Shown in pieces: positions 63,810-64,000 of a stretch of DNA of 64,000 bases; within the stretch, counting starts at the first letter, position 1; the number at the start of each line of letters is the position of its first letter. The translations under genes and the position numbers were made by a program. The notes beneath the pieces are model-generated. The model was not told the origin of the DNA. It did no database searches and saw only the letters and a list, made by a program, of their open reading frames with translations. Where the stretch lies: positions 242,592-306,591 of the forward strand of contig CBDFJU010000001.1 of the NCBI GenBank assembly GCA_965248515.1. The letters are read 5' to 3'. The stretch is from Dehalococcoidia bacterium (GTDB lineage: Bacteria; Chloroflexota; Dehalococcoidia; SHYB01).

Positions 63810-64000
63810 ATGTGTGGTATTGCTGGAGTCCTGGGCGCCGCCGACGAAGCCGCAGTCGCTCGCATGATCGAGGCCATGGCCCATCGAGGCCCCGACGACG
63901 TTGGCGTCTATGTCGACCGCGAGGGTGGGGTAGCCCTCGGTCACCGGCGCCTTTCGATTATCGACCTCTCGTCGGCGGGCCATCAGCCAATGTCCGGGGC
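63810..64000 (+). CDS. asnB: second asparagine synthase-family amidotransferase, 3' end beyond window
   Basis: ATG 63810. It translates to MCGIAGVLGAADEAAVARMIEAMAHRGPDDVGVYVDREGGVALGHRRLSIIDLSSAGHQPMSG and is open to the window edge. Confidence 0.85.
   Translation, partial: MCGIAGVLGAADEAAVARMIEAMAHRGPDDVGVYVDREGGVALGHRRLSIIDLSSAGHQPMSG

Noticed and set aside
1-64000. Search by eye for tRNA, rRNA, CRISPR arrays, transposases, integrases, phage genes, toxin-antitoxin pairs or known defence-system genes.
   Set aside because: None was recognised. The intergenic spaces are short except 17334..17886 and 21251..21779, and neither shows cloverleaf-like or repeat-spacer structure. A covariance-model scan would be needed to exclude small RNAs.

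Overview
This is high-GC bacterial chromosomal DNA (roughly 60-65 % GC by eye, not computed). DUF4012, DUF3090, Pro/Thr linkers, frequent GTG/TTG starts and 4-nt start/stop overlaps suggest a lineage such as Chloroflexota or Actinomycetota; a search is needed to settle this. The window has four parts. (i) 1-6.9 kb holds ordinary metabolism and transport genes: a crotonase, two MFS transporters, DUF3090, gamma-glutamyltransferase and an orphan P-loop ATPase. (ii) 6.9-17.3 kb is a surface-polysaccharide export/processing module: a nucleotide-sugar dehydrogenase, a secreted GH-A-like hydrolase, a Pro/Thr-rich membrane protein, a DUF4012 protein with five Ig-like repeats, and a divergently transcribed BY tyrosine autokinase. 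(iii) 17.9-21.25 kb is a secreted S8 peptidase-LamG gene broken by about five frameshifts, mostly at G runs. (iv) 21.8 kb to the window end is one uninterrupted plus-strand array of more than 40 tightly packed genes, many with ATGA/GTGA overlaps, for a heavily decorated glycan. That array contains about 10 glycosyltransferases, 4 methyltransferases, a sulfotransferase, a carbamoyltransferase, two AsnB-type amidotransferases, an MsbA/PglK-type ABC exporter and several unusual sugar-precursor modules. The most unusual elements are a form-IV RuBisCO-like protein inside the operon and a split transketolase grouped with SIS isomerase, APH-kinase/nucleotidyltransferase fusion, KdsC-like phosphatase, AroE-like dehydrogenase and PMI-like cupin. 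Also unusual are a plant-type RGP/GT75 (UDP-arabinopyranose-mutase-like) gene alongside a flavin Glf, and a KdsC-GmhA fusion next to a NeuB-like synthase and a CMP-transferase. No rRNA, tRNA, CRISPR array, transposase or integrase was recognised. All functional calls rest on by-eye motif recognition; no database search or computation was possible.
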